From Trichoplax adhaerens (taxonomy: Eukaryota > Animalia > Placozoa), in NCBI RefSeq assembly GCF_000150275.1, contig NW_002060943.1, forward strand, positions 7,448,066 to 7,512,065: DNA of 64,000 bases, in the 5' to 3' direction. Position numbers and translations under genes: made by a program. The notes under the pieces were generated by a model. That model did not search any database, was not told the origin of the DNA, and saw nothing but the letters and a program-made list of their open reading frames with translations. Each line of letters opens with the position of its first letter. The stretch's first letter is position 1. Shown one piece after another: positions 63,951 through 64,000 of the stretch.

Positions 63951-64000
63951 AATGAGCAACTGAGTCAAGAATTTAATCAACTATGCGATTACTAAATCAT

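Overview
AT-rich eukaryotic (animal) genomic DNA with short GT-AG introns. Composition and gene structure suggest a compact early-branching metazoan such as a placozoan (Trichoplax-like); this is inference. Splicing the exons by hand gives six complete genes and one partial gene: the 3' part of an unknown Pro/Gln-rich gene (+, 86-1792), MOB2 (+, 5 exons), a BRSK/SAD-1 kinase (-, 24 exons, tail-to-tail with MOB2 as in human), RFESD Rieske protein (-, 3 exons), a CNBD2-like cyclic-nucleotide-binding protein (-, 10 exons, with a near-perfect RFX X-box upstream) and an ependymin-related protein (+, 3 exons), plus FANCE (-, 2 exons). A seventh complete gene, a carboxypeptidase M/D-like M14B peptidase (+), has an intronless CDS. 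Intergenic DNA carries many unrelated 2-6-copy tandem duplications of about 110-335 bp, (TACAG)n-rich promoter regions, a small terminal-inverted-repeat element and a possible pogo/Tigger remnant. No rRNA, tRNA or CRISPR was found. I found no clearly novel biological system; the strongest leads are conserved microsynteny, cis-regulatory motifs and repeat architecture.
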